Below, in pieces: positions 34,172 to 41,071 of a stretch of 41,071 nt of DNA (its first letter is position 1; each line of letters opens with the position of its first letter). The notes under the pieces are model-generated. The model had not been told where the DNA came from. It saw only the letters and a list, made by a program, of their open reading frames with translations, and made no database searches. The position numbers and the translations under genes were made by a program. Source of the DNA: a virus (Duplodnaviria; Caudoviricetes); the IMG/VR virus record IMGVR_UViG_3300037047_000141, positions 1-41,071 of that record; one strand, written 5' to 3'.

Positions 34172-35055
34172 TGGCTGAATTATTTAAAATCCCTTTTTTA
34201 AATCCACTCCAATTCCGGAAAATTCCTGATGGGAAATTTGCATGTGATCTCATTCCAAGTTTTGAACAAAAAGCGGTTTATATCCAAAAATTTCAGAAAG
34301 GTGATATCCTGAAATTCCAAGTTCAACTCTTGATTGGAAATTGGAATTCGATCTCCTACAGAGTACTGGACGAATCTCTCAAGGAAGTCAGTCAATTTAC
34401 TGGTGGTCTAACTGGAGTTAATGGAGACTATAACATATGGTCAGTTCGATCTACAGATAATATCCTGAACCTTCCATCTGGGATTTATTTTATTGAATTA
34501 AATATTGTAGTAATTGTCGAAGGTGCAAACGTAAGTAAACGATTTCTTACCGAACCATTTGAGATAGTTGATGAACTCCCAGAATCGTTACTGATTGAAT
34601 ATTCACATGATGGTAATGAATTCGATGTTGCTTTCTTTCCAACCGGCAATCCTGAAGATAGGAGATTTTTTCAATTGCGAGTGGAAGGTGGTATTACTTC
34701 AGATGGCTTTTCTCCTGCATCAAAGGACACTTTCTACATTGACCAGGTGCGTGATGTGGTTATGCTTAATTCAATACCCTTCAATGTGTATAAATTCACA
34801 TTTGGACCCGGGGGCGGAATTCCAAACTGGATGGCCGACAAAATTAACAGGATCCTCTCGCTTGCTTATGTTGAAATAAACGGTCGGCAATATGTGAAAA
34901 ATGAAGGAGCAAAATTCGAAGCAATCCGGGAGAAAGGTTATCCTTTTGCCGGATGGCAAATTGAGCTGGTTACGGATAATGTCTATTCAATCTCAGAAGG
35001 GCAGGGAAGCTTGCTCGGTGATTTCAATCCTGATTACAATAACGACTACTTCTAA
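34168..35055 (+). CDS. Tail-tip protein with C-terminal DFNxDYNxDY motif
   Basis: GIPNWMADKINRIL; ends GDFNPDYNNDYF. Confidence 0.7.
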   Translation: MMAELFKIPFLNPLQFRKIPDGKFACDLIPSFEQKAVYIQKFQKGDILKFQVQLLIGNWNSISYRVLDESLKEVSQFTGGLTGVNGDYNIWSVRSTDNILNLPSGIYFIELNIVVIVEGANVSKRFLTEPFEIVDELPESLLIEYSHDGNEFDVAFFPTGNPEDRRFFQLRVEGGITSDGFSPASKDTFYIDQVRDVVMLNSIPFNVYKFTFGPGGGIPNWMADKINRILSLAYVEINGRQYVKNEGAKFEAIREKGYPFAGWQIELVTDNVYSISEGQGSLLGDFNPDYNNDYF

Positions 35056-35058
35056 ATT

Positions 35059-35571
35059 ATGGCATACGAGGCATTAATAAGCTATATCCAAAGCATAGTT
35101 CGGTCAAACTTCAATGAGGAGATTACTGGACAGAATATGCAGGATGTCTTATTGACCATGGTTTCTGAACTAGGCAAAGGAGAATTTGTAGGTGTAGCCA
35201 CAGCAGGAACAAATCCAGGAGTGCCTTCTGGATCACGAGTATATATCACCTCTCAAGCTGGCTATTATCAACACTTCAGCCTTTTTGTGGAAGAAAGGGA
35301 AATGGCCTTACTTATCTGGGGAAATGGAGTATGGTTCAAAGAAACAATAATCGTTTTTCCTGAACCCTATTCAGATGACAGGAAATATAGGCACACACAA
35401 AATACTCCAGAGTCAACATGGAATGTCACTCACAATTTTGGCAAAATACCCTCTGTGACTATAACTGATTCATCAGGAAATGAAGTGGAAGGGGAGGTCA
35501 CTCACATTGATCTAAATTCTTTAACCATCGTATTCTCGGCTTCTTTTGCCGGGTATGCGGATTTAAACTAA
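35059..35571 (+). CDS. Tail-fibre attachment/adaptor protein
   Basis: N-terminal N.NEEITG..MQ.VL...FVGVA...TNPG.P domain; C-terminal TWNVTHNFG..PSVTI.D domain. Confidence 0.7.
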   Translation: MAYEALISYIQSIVRSNFNEEITGQNMQDVLLTMVSELGKGEFVGVATAGTNPGVPSGSRVYITSQAGYYQHFSLFVEEREMALLIWGNGVWFKETIIVFPEPYSDDRKYRHTQNTPESTWNVTHNFGKIPSVTITDSSGNEVEGEVTHIDLNSLTIVFSASFAGYADLN

Positions 35572-35584
35572 ACAAACATTAAGC

Positions 35585-36769
35585 ATGGCACGAAAAATTT
35601 TCCTGGTCGACATTGACCTTAATCGTAATCAACTGGTTCAGGTTCGGATCGAGAACCTTGCTACAGCTCCGGCCAGCCCTGTGGCAGGACAAATATACTT
35701 TGATACAACACTGAATAAGCTCAGGGTTTGGTCAGGTACAGCCTGGCTAACAATGGATGATCTGAATGATCCCAGAACTCCAAAGTCACACGTACTCGCC
35801 ACGGCCACAGCACTTGGGGCTGAGCATACCATTTCTGGAGCCTCTGTCGGTCATGTACTTCGGGCTTTCAGTGCGAGTGAAGCCAGGATGCAGCAACTTG
35901 CGCACTCTGATTTGAGCGAAATTGGAAGTAATACTCATGCTCAGATCGATACTCACATTGCAACAGCAAATATTCACCGGGAGTTGAATGATGCTCTGAC
36001 ATCTACCACTTCCCTCTGGTCATCCCAAAAGATTAATGATCTTATCAGTGCTCTGCAAAATGCAGTCACCGGTGCGTTAGTTTTCAAAGGTGGTTATGAT
36101 GCAGTGACGAATACACCCAACCTTGACTCTTCACCACCGGCAGGCACAGTTATGCAAGGTTATACCTATGTGGTAACGGTTGCTGGTGTTTTCTATACAG
36201 AAGCTGTTCAGATTGGGGACATGATTATTTCAAAGCAGGATAACCCTACAGCTTTAGCCCATTGGACACTTGTCAATAAAAATATCCCGGATATCCTTGA
36301 TGCCAGTGAAACAGTAAAGGGTATTGTGGAACTGGCCACTGGTGCTGAATCTTTGACCGGCACTGACAATACCCGGGCTGTGCACCCGGCAGGACTGAAA
36401 TATGTTCTCGACAACCGGAATGCGACTGAAACAATCAGGGGCTTAATTGAGTTGGCCACTCAGGCAGAGGCCAATGCTGGAACCGATGCCGAGAGAGCAA
36501 TTACTCCGGCCACTCTTAAGGGTGTATTAGCTACAACCGGGACATTGACACTTGCAAGGAAATATTCTCAGTTACTGTCAACCAGTGCAACAAGTTACAC
36601 GATTACACACGGGCTTGCTACACAGAATGTAGTTGTGAGTGTACGTGATACCGCAACACCATTTAACGAAGTTGAGGTGGAAGTAACTGTACCCAATACC
36701 ACAACAGTCGTAATCGCTTTTAACGTAGCACCGGTAGCAAATAAATATCAGGTAACAATAATCGGTTAA
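35585..36769 (+). CDS. Tail-fibre protein with T4 gp34/gp12-like repeats
   Basis: Two A(S/T)ET..G.(V/I)ELAT.AE...GTD..RA..PA.LK repeats. Confidence 0.8.
   Translation: MARKIFLVDIDLNRNQLVQVRIENLATAPASPVAGQIYFDTTLNKLRVWSGTAWLTMDDLNDPRTPKSHVLATATALGAEHTISGASVGHVLRAFSASEARMQQLAHSDLSEIGSNTHAQIDTHIATANIHRELNDALTSTTSLWSSQKINDLISALQNAVTGALVFKGGYDAVTNTPNLDSSPPAGTVMQGYTYVVTVAGVFYTEAVQIGDMIISKQDNPTALAHWTLVNKNIPDILDASETVKGIVELATGAESLTGTDNTRAVHPAGLKYVLDNRNATETIRGLIELATQAEANAGTDAERAITPATLKGVLATTGTLTLARKYSQLLSTSATSYTITHGLATQNVVVSVRDTATPFNEVEVEVTVPNTTTVVIAFNVAPVANKYQVTIIG
36299..36520 (+). repeat. Two ~34-aa intragenic fibre repeats
   Basis: DASETVKGIVELATGAESLTGTDNTRAVHPAGLK / NATETIRGLIELATQAEANAGTDAERAITPATLK. 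Confidence 0.85.
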
Positions 36770-36773
36770 TACT

Positions 36774-38534
36774 ATGCCGTCAAAAAAGATTCTTGTCCAG
36801 GAAGATTTTATACATGTTGGAACCGGAAGTAATCCTTCTTCCGGGTATCTGGCTATATACCCAAAGTCGGACAATAATTTCTATAAGCGAACCTCAGCTG
36901 GAGTTGAGGAGAAATTGTGGGATTCTGGAAATCATGGTGCTGGGAGTGGGCTGGATGCTGACACATTGGATGGGATGCATGCATCAGAGTTTGCACCTAT
37001 GAATCATGCCCATGTAGGCTATGTAGCAAAGGCCGGGGATACAATGACAGGTAACCTCAGCATTTCAAAGTCGGGTTCCCCGTCAACTGCACATTACCAC
37101 CTTTCAACAACTTATGCTGCAAATTATGCTACACAAGCATGGTTTGAAGCTTCAAGTTACTCTAACGGTGGTTACGCACTGATAAAGGCTATTCACACAG
37201 ATGCGGGCGTTCCTACGGAATATAATTTAATTAGTGCCGGATTCCCTACGGTGAAGACACTGTATATTGGCGATACTACTTTCGGGGCTGTTTTATTTCG
37301 AGTACCTAACGGAGCAGTTGGAAACATTTCTCATGTGCTTTGTTCCGGAACTGACGGTATCACTTACAGAGTACCAGTTGGAGATATAGGCGGAGGCGGG
37401 GGAGGTACAGTAACTTCTGTGGGCCTGGCTGCTCCGAGTGCTTTATTTGGTGTGACTAATTCTCCCGTTACGGCTTCCGGAACAATATCTTTAAACTTAA
37501 ATTCTCAAGCGCAGAACTCTGTTTTTGCAGGGCCAACATCGGGTACAGGTACTCCTTCGTTTAGAGCTTTGGTCGCAGCGGATATTCCAGTATTAAATTA
37601 CATGCCGAATATCATATGCCAGGAAGGAAGACTATTTGGTAGAGCAGCGGGAGTGGGAGCAGGTCAACCTTACGATGTTAGATTAGGTGCTGGATTAGGA
37701 TGGGACGTCGATGGGATGCTGGAAGTTACTGCTGGGGGCACAGGGACAGTGACAAGTGTCGGCTTAGCTATGCCAAATATATTTTCTGTAACAGGTTCTC
37801 CGGTAACAACTACAGGCACACTAACAGCTACTTTGGCCAGTCAGTCACAAAGACTCTTCCTAGCTTCTCCAGCCACTGGATCAGGAGTACCAGTATTCAG
37901 AGCAATTCAGGGTAATGACCTACCGGATTTGTCAGCGAGTTACGATTTCTATGGAAGCTGGAATGTAAAAGTAGGCGCTAATACGATTAAGCAAATACTA
38001 AAAACTGGGAGTACACAGTACTCTACTATGTACAATGGTATTTCGTTTATTGCAGGTAGTAACAATGTAAAGCTGACTGAATCTCTTGTTGCTGGTTCTC
38101 TTGGTATTACCATAGGTTTAAGTGATATAGGTCGTAGTTCATACGTTTTTCTTAATCAATCTCCAGCTCCGATTAACATAAACACATGGACAGATATCCC
38201 AACAATGACTTTAGGGACATTTGGAAACGGTAAATATTTTGTATCTGCAACAATACAAATGACAAAGGGAACGACAACAGCAGGACTTGTTGCTGCACGT
38301 ATTATAGATGCCGCTGGTATAGTAATAGCTTCAGCTGAAATGTATCATACCAGTATAACGACTAATAGAATGGCTTTCTCCCTTTCAGGAATATTTACCT
38401 GTGACGAGGGACCGGCAAGTGTGAAGTTGCAGATTTGGGCTAACAACACAGGATGGTCTGCTATTTCTACATCAGGTACTTCAAACTCTGGTAAAGCAAC
38501 AACACTGTCATTAATTTATTTGAGTAACCTTTAA
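36774..38534 (+). CDS. Distal tail fibre / receptor-binding protein
   Basis: GAGSGLDADTLDG.HAS.FA..NH.H, YVAKAGDTMTG.L motifs, Gly/Thr-rich repeats, beta-sandwich-like C-terminus. Confidence 0.8.
   Translation: MPSKKILVQEDFIHVGTGSNPSSGYLAIYPKSDNNFYKRTSAGVEEKLWDSGNHGAGSGLDADTLDGMHASEFAPMNHAHVGYVAKAGDTMTGNLSISKSGSPSTAHYHLSTTYAANYATQAWFEASSYSNGGYALIKAIHTDAGVPTEYNLISAGFPTVKTLYIGDTTFGAVLFRVPNGAVGNISHVLCSGTDGITYRVPVGDIGGGGGGTVTSVGLAAPSALFGVTNSPVTASGTISLNLNSQAQNSVFAGPTSGTGTPSFRALVAADIPVLNYMPNIICQEGRLFGRAAGVGAGQPYDVRLGAGLGWDVDGMLEVTAGGTGTVTSVGLAMPNIFSVTGSPVTTTGTLTATLASQSQRLFLASPATGSGVPVFRAIQGNDLPDLSASYDFYGSWNVKVGANTIKQILKTGSTQYSTMYNGISFIAGSNNVKLTESLVAGSLGITIGLSDIGRSSYVFLNQSPAPININTWTDIPTMTLGTFGNGKYFVSATIQMTKGTTTAGLVAARIIDAAGIVIASAEMYHTSITTNRMAFSLSGIFTCDEGPASVKLQIWANNTGWSAISTSGTSNSGKATTLSLIYLSNL
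37404..37925 (+). repeat. Two ~61-aa intragenic repeats (37404-37589 and 37743-37925)
   Basis: GTVTSVGLA.P...F.VT.SPVT..GT....L.SQ.Q....A.P..G.G.P.FRA....D.P occurs twice. Confidence 0.85.
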
Positions 38535-38556
38535 AAAAAACCTAAAACCAACAGCC

Positions 38557-38877
38557 ATGAAAAAACTAAAACTTAACATCAAGGAACGAGTAATCCTTTC
38601 GGACATCCTGCCAGCACAGGGAAACAAGCTGCAACAGATAATTGTCAGAGGCATCACCATCAAGACAGAATTCAAGCCTGAAGAGATTGACAAGTTCGGA
38701 TTGACCTTTAGCCATCAAGGGGTCGCATGGAATGAAAAGGCAAAATCAGCAGAGTTTGAATTTGAACTCCAGGATTCGGAGATCAGCATTCTGAAGGAAG
38801 CTGCCATTAGCCTGGATAAAGAAGCCCGGGTAACACAGCATAACCTGAGCTTGATTGAAAAGATAGAGGAACTGTAA
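38557..38877 (+). CDS. Hypothetical protein (possible fibre chaperone)
   Basis: 106 aa after the last fibre gene; function from position only. Confidence 0.6.
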   Translation: MKKLKLNIKERVILSDILPAQGNKLQQIIVRGITIKTEFKPEEIDKFGLTFSHQGVAWNEKAKSAEFEFELQDSEISILKEAAISLDKEARVTQHNLSLIEKIEEL

Positions 38878-38887
38878 ATCTAAAGCA

Positions 38888-39472
38888 ATGAAACGGACAA
38901 TCCCTCACTATGTAATCATGATCATCCTGATAGGAATTATTTTCCTTCAGAGAGAATGCCATCGCTGTCCTCAGGTTCAAACCAGTTACCGGGTCGACAC
39001 AATTCCAGGGGATATCATCCCATCGGTAATCGAGTTGTCACGTCCGGATCCATATTTTATATTTGTTGATACCGGCCAACAAATGTTTGTTGATACTGCT
39101 TCTATTTTGAGGAATTACTTTGCCCGGGTAGTTTATCTTGATACTTTAAAGGATGATAGCTCTGCTTTTATTGCTATCCTGGACACAGTGACTCAGAATA
39201 GGCTACTTGGCCGAAAGTTATACTTTGCAAACAGGAAGCCAACATCCATCATCCACAATATAACGGTTCAGCCTGCAGATCCTGATAGGTTGAAATTGTA
39301 TGCCGGGGCTATGCTCTCTTTTACTCCTGAGGCTAAATCAGACATTGGTCCGGTAATAATGATGATGACTCCCCGGGGAGCAGGATATTCATATGCCTAT
39401 GGAGTTAATGATAAGTCACATACATTAACTGTAGTCTGGAAAATAAAACTTCGTAGAAAGGTACCTCCCTGA
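38888..39472 (+). CDS. Membrane-anchored protein, candidate spanin-equivalent
   Basis: N-terminal TM, repeated (V/L)DT motifs, C-terminal amphipathic beta-strands; last late gene. Confidence 0.5.
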   Translation: MKRTIPHYVIMIILIGIIFLQRECHRCPQVQTSYRVDTIPGDIIPSVIELSRPDPYFIFVDTGQQMFVDTASILRNYFARVVYLDTLKDDSSAFIAILDTVTQNRLLGRKLYFANRKPTSIIHNITVQPADPDRLKLYAGAMLSFTPEAKSDIGPVIMMMTPRGAGYSYAYGVNDKSHTLTVVWKIKLRRKVPP

Positions 39473-39494
39473 ATTACTGAATAAATTATAAAGT

Positions 39495-39521
39495 AGGGCT
39501 GTCTGTTAGGCAGCCTTTTTT
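39495..39521 (+). terminator. Intrinsic terminator of the late operon, between convergent genes
   Basis: AGGGCTGTCT-gtt-AGGCAGCCTT stem plus T-run. Confidence 0.8.
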
Positions 39522-40824
39522 AATTGAAAAATGGGTGTTCTTTCATTTGCAATGCGGCTTCTTCAGCATCAATCCGGATGTATTTCATGAAATGTGCAAT
39601 TTTATTGTGTCCAGAGAAAACCATAATTATTGATATCGGAATTCCAGCTTTTACCATGTTTGTACATGCAGATCTTCTGGCCGTATGACTACCAACAAGC
39701 TGATACTCCGGAAACGTTTTATAAACCCTTTTACCACCAAGAGTTTTACTTACTTCCTTCAATTCATTAAGGCCAGCAAGTCTGCAAAGAATTTTAAGCC
39801 CTTTGTTCATCTTACTATTTGAGATACTGGGTGGCAGGATATCACCTCTTGACAAAAGGATTTTTTTGATAACCGGGTGCATAGGGATTGATGTCAACTT
39901 CCCTGTTTTCTGGTTCCTCCTTGTTATATATTCAGATTTATGAGTGAGTCCATTCAGGGCATTAAAATCCTGGTACCGGAGAGCTGTGAAAGAACCAATC
40001 ATAAATCTATCCCTGGTGTCCTTAAGAGATTGAATTCGCCTTTGAATATTATGTGATCTTATGTCAGTCTTTACTCCCTCCTTTATAAGTTCTTCATTTA
40101 GTTCGAGGATGCTTTTTTCGGTGATTTCAACATTGTATATTTTCATCAACTTTTCAACAGTAAGAGAAATTGTATCAGATTCTTCAGATACAGTTTTAAA
40201 CTTTTTTGAGCGGTGGCCAGTGGAATCATGAAGTTTTCTTTCCTCGGCTTCATTCATAAACGTTTTTATGTTTTTTATCATATCACCAAAGTAATTTAAT
40301 GATAAATCTGATTTATACATCCACTTTTTAAATGACTCATAGAAATTCATATCAATGTCTGAGAAATCTAATTTTACTTTTTTCTCTTTTTGATACTTCT
40401 CTATTAAGTTTATTGTAGTTCCATACCTCATCAAAGTCCTTTCAGATCTGGAAACACTTTCCTTGAATTCCTTCATGAAATCAAGAAAGGTTATCTTTTT
40501 CTCAGGCTCTTGGTGAGTACGATCATCAAGCTTATTTTTAACTGCCTTCCTGAAGGAATCTTGGGAAGGAGTAATGAGTTCAATAACAAATTTTTCAAAA
40601 ATTTCCTTTATGATACTTTCCCAGGAATCAAGCTGATCATTTATAAATTGCGCTTCAGGATATTCTGACTTCAGTCTGCACCTATCTTTAGCAGAATTCC
40701 AATATTTAGTTTCAACATTAACACCAGTTGGGTATTTATATTTTTTCCCATATTTGTGGACTACAGCGTAAATGGTTGTGCTGTCAGTTTTTGCATTGTT
40801 CAGATAGAATTTTACTTCAATCAT
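39520..40824 (-). CDS. int: Tyrosine integrase (arm-binding, SAM-like and catalytic domains)
   Basis: TALRYQD (R), SHTARRS (HxxR), SGH, MKYI (Y); N-terminal YPTGVNV...W arm domain. Confidence 0.95.
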   Translation of the reverse strand: MIEVKFYLNNAKTDSTTIYAVVHKYGKKYKYPTGVNVETKYWNSAKDRCRLKSEYPEAQFINDQLDSWESIIKEIFEKFVIELITPSQDSFRKAVKNKLDDRTHQEPEKKITFLDFMKEFKESVSRSERTLMRYGTTINLIEKYQKEKKVKLDFSDIDMNFYESFKKWMYKSDLSLNYFGDMIKNIKTFMNEAEERKLHDSTGHRSKKFKTVSEESDTISLTVEKLMKIYNVEITEKSILELNEELIKEGVKTDIRSHNIQRRIQSLKDTRDRFMIGSFTALRYQDFNALNGLTHKSEYITRRNQKTGKLTSIPMHPVIKKILLSRGDILPPSISNSKMNKGLKILCRLAGLNELKEVSKTLGGKRVYKTFPEYQLVGSHTARRSACTNMVKAGIPISIIMVFSGHNKIAHFMKYIRIDAEEAALQMKEHPFFN

Positions 40825-40843
40825 TCGGACGTTTATTCGGACG
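40823..40843. repeat. Candidate integrase arm-type sites
   Basis: ATTCGGACG at 40823-40831 and 40835-40843, overlapping the int start, ~100 bp from the att core. Confidence 0.65.
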
Positions 40844-40945
40844 GAATAAAGATACAGCTTTACTATTAAGTAGTATCAGCAACTGCATGAATTTTAGTAA
40901 CAGCTATAGTTTGAGCAGGTTAAAGTAAATATCTGATACCTATAA

Positions 40946-40964
40946 AAGTCCGGCCTCGGGTACA
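40946..40964 (+). other. attR core: 3' fragment of a tRNA gene (probably tRNA-Leu)
   Basis: AAGTCCGGCCTCGGGTACA reads as T-loop end, T-stem and acceptor 3' strand with no 5' tRNA body; followed by a terminator. Confidence 0.75.
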
Positions 40965-40967
40965 CCG

Positions 40968-40994
40968 AAATCCCTTTAATAAGGGATTTTTTTT
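40968..40994 (+). terminator. Intrinsic terminator (original host tRNA terminator)
   Basis: AAATCCCTT-taat-AAGGGATTT followed by a T-run. Confidence 0.85.
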
Positions 40995-41023
40995 GCCCTC
41001 GATTTTCTTTCCTTACCTCCTCA

Positions 41024-41031
41024 TATATTTG
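41024..41031 (+). promoter_or_regulatory. Possible host-side -7 promoter element
   Basis: TATATTTG beyond attR; downstream gene is outside the window. Confidence 0.35.
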
Positions 41032-41071
41032 TCTTTTAATTTGTAATCTTTTATTTATCAGCATAGTATTT

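Larger units (their letters stand above)
1..40964. mobile_element. Integrated temperate prophage (siphovirus-like, HK97-type head); left end lies outside the window
   Basis: Ordered immunity, replication, packaging, head, tail and integrase modules; tRNA 3'-end fragment (attR) plus terminator right of the integrase. Confidence 0.95.

Noticed and set aside
35059-39472. Diversity-generating retroelement or invertible tail-fibre shufflon
   Set aside because: No reverse transcriptase, no invertase, and no near-identical TR/VR or inverted DNA repeats were seen; the repeats are protein-level only.
2874-40928. Many 60-160 aa ORFs antisense to or nested within long genes (e.g. 2874, 3741, 18091, 20312, 23099, 26116, 40728)
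   Set aside because: They are shadow frames of well-supported genes, with no motifs or initiation signals.

Overview
Nearly the whole window (1 to ~40964) is one temperate, HK97-fold, long-tailed (siphovirus-like) prophage of a Bacteroidota host. Host assignment rests on TAnnTTTG/TTTG promoters, A-rich start contexts and Bacteroidota-type protein families. Left to right it carries: leftward accessory genes; two paralogous repressor/divergent small-gene cassettes, each with its own operator; early regulators; an initiator-type tRNA-Met; recombination, ParB, MTase-like, SNF2 and replication genes; an ECF sigma factor; an NDT-like gene; a ParB-methyltransferase fusion; terminase, portal, protease, capsid, tail, lysis and fibre genes; and a leftward tyrosine integrase next to an attR that reads as the 3' end of a tRNA (probably Leu). 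attL is not visible and should lie left of the window. The most unusual items are the duplicated regulatory cassettes, a capsid protein with a signal-peptide-like N-terminus, a ~180-nt highly structured spacer before terS, a variant tRNA-fMet together with recurring start-site motifs, a 21-bp phased repeat array, and matching terminal modules along the tail-fibre genes. All protein calls come from motif recognition by eye; no database searches were run.
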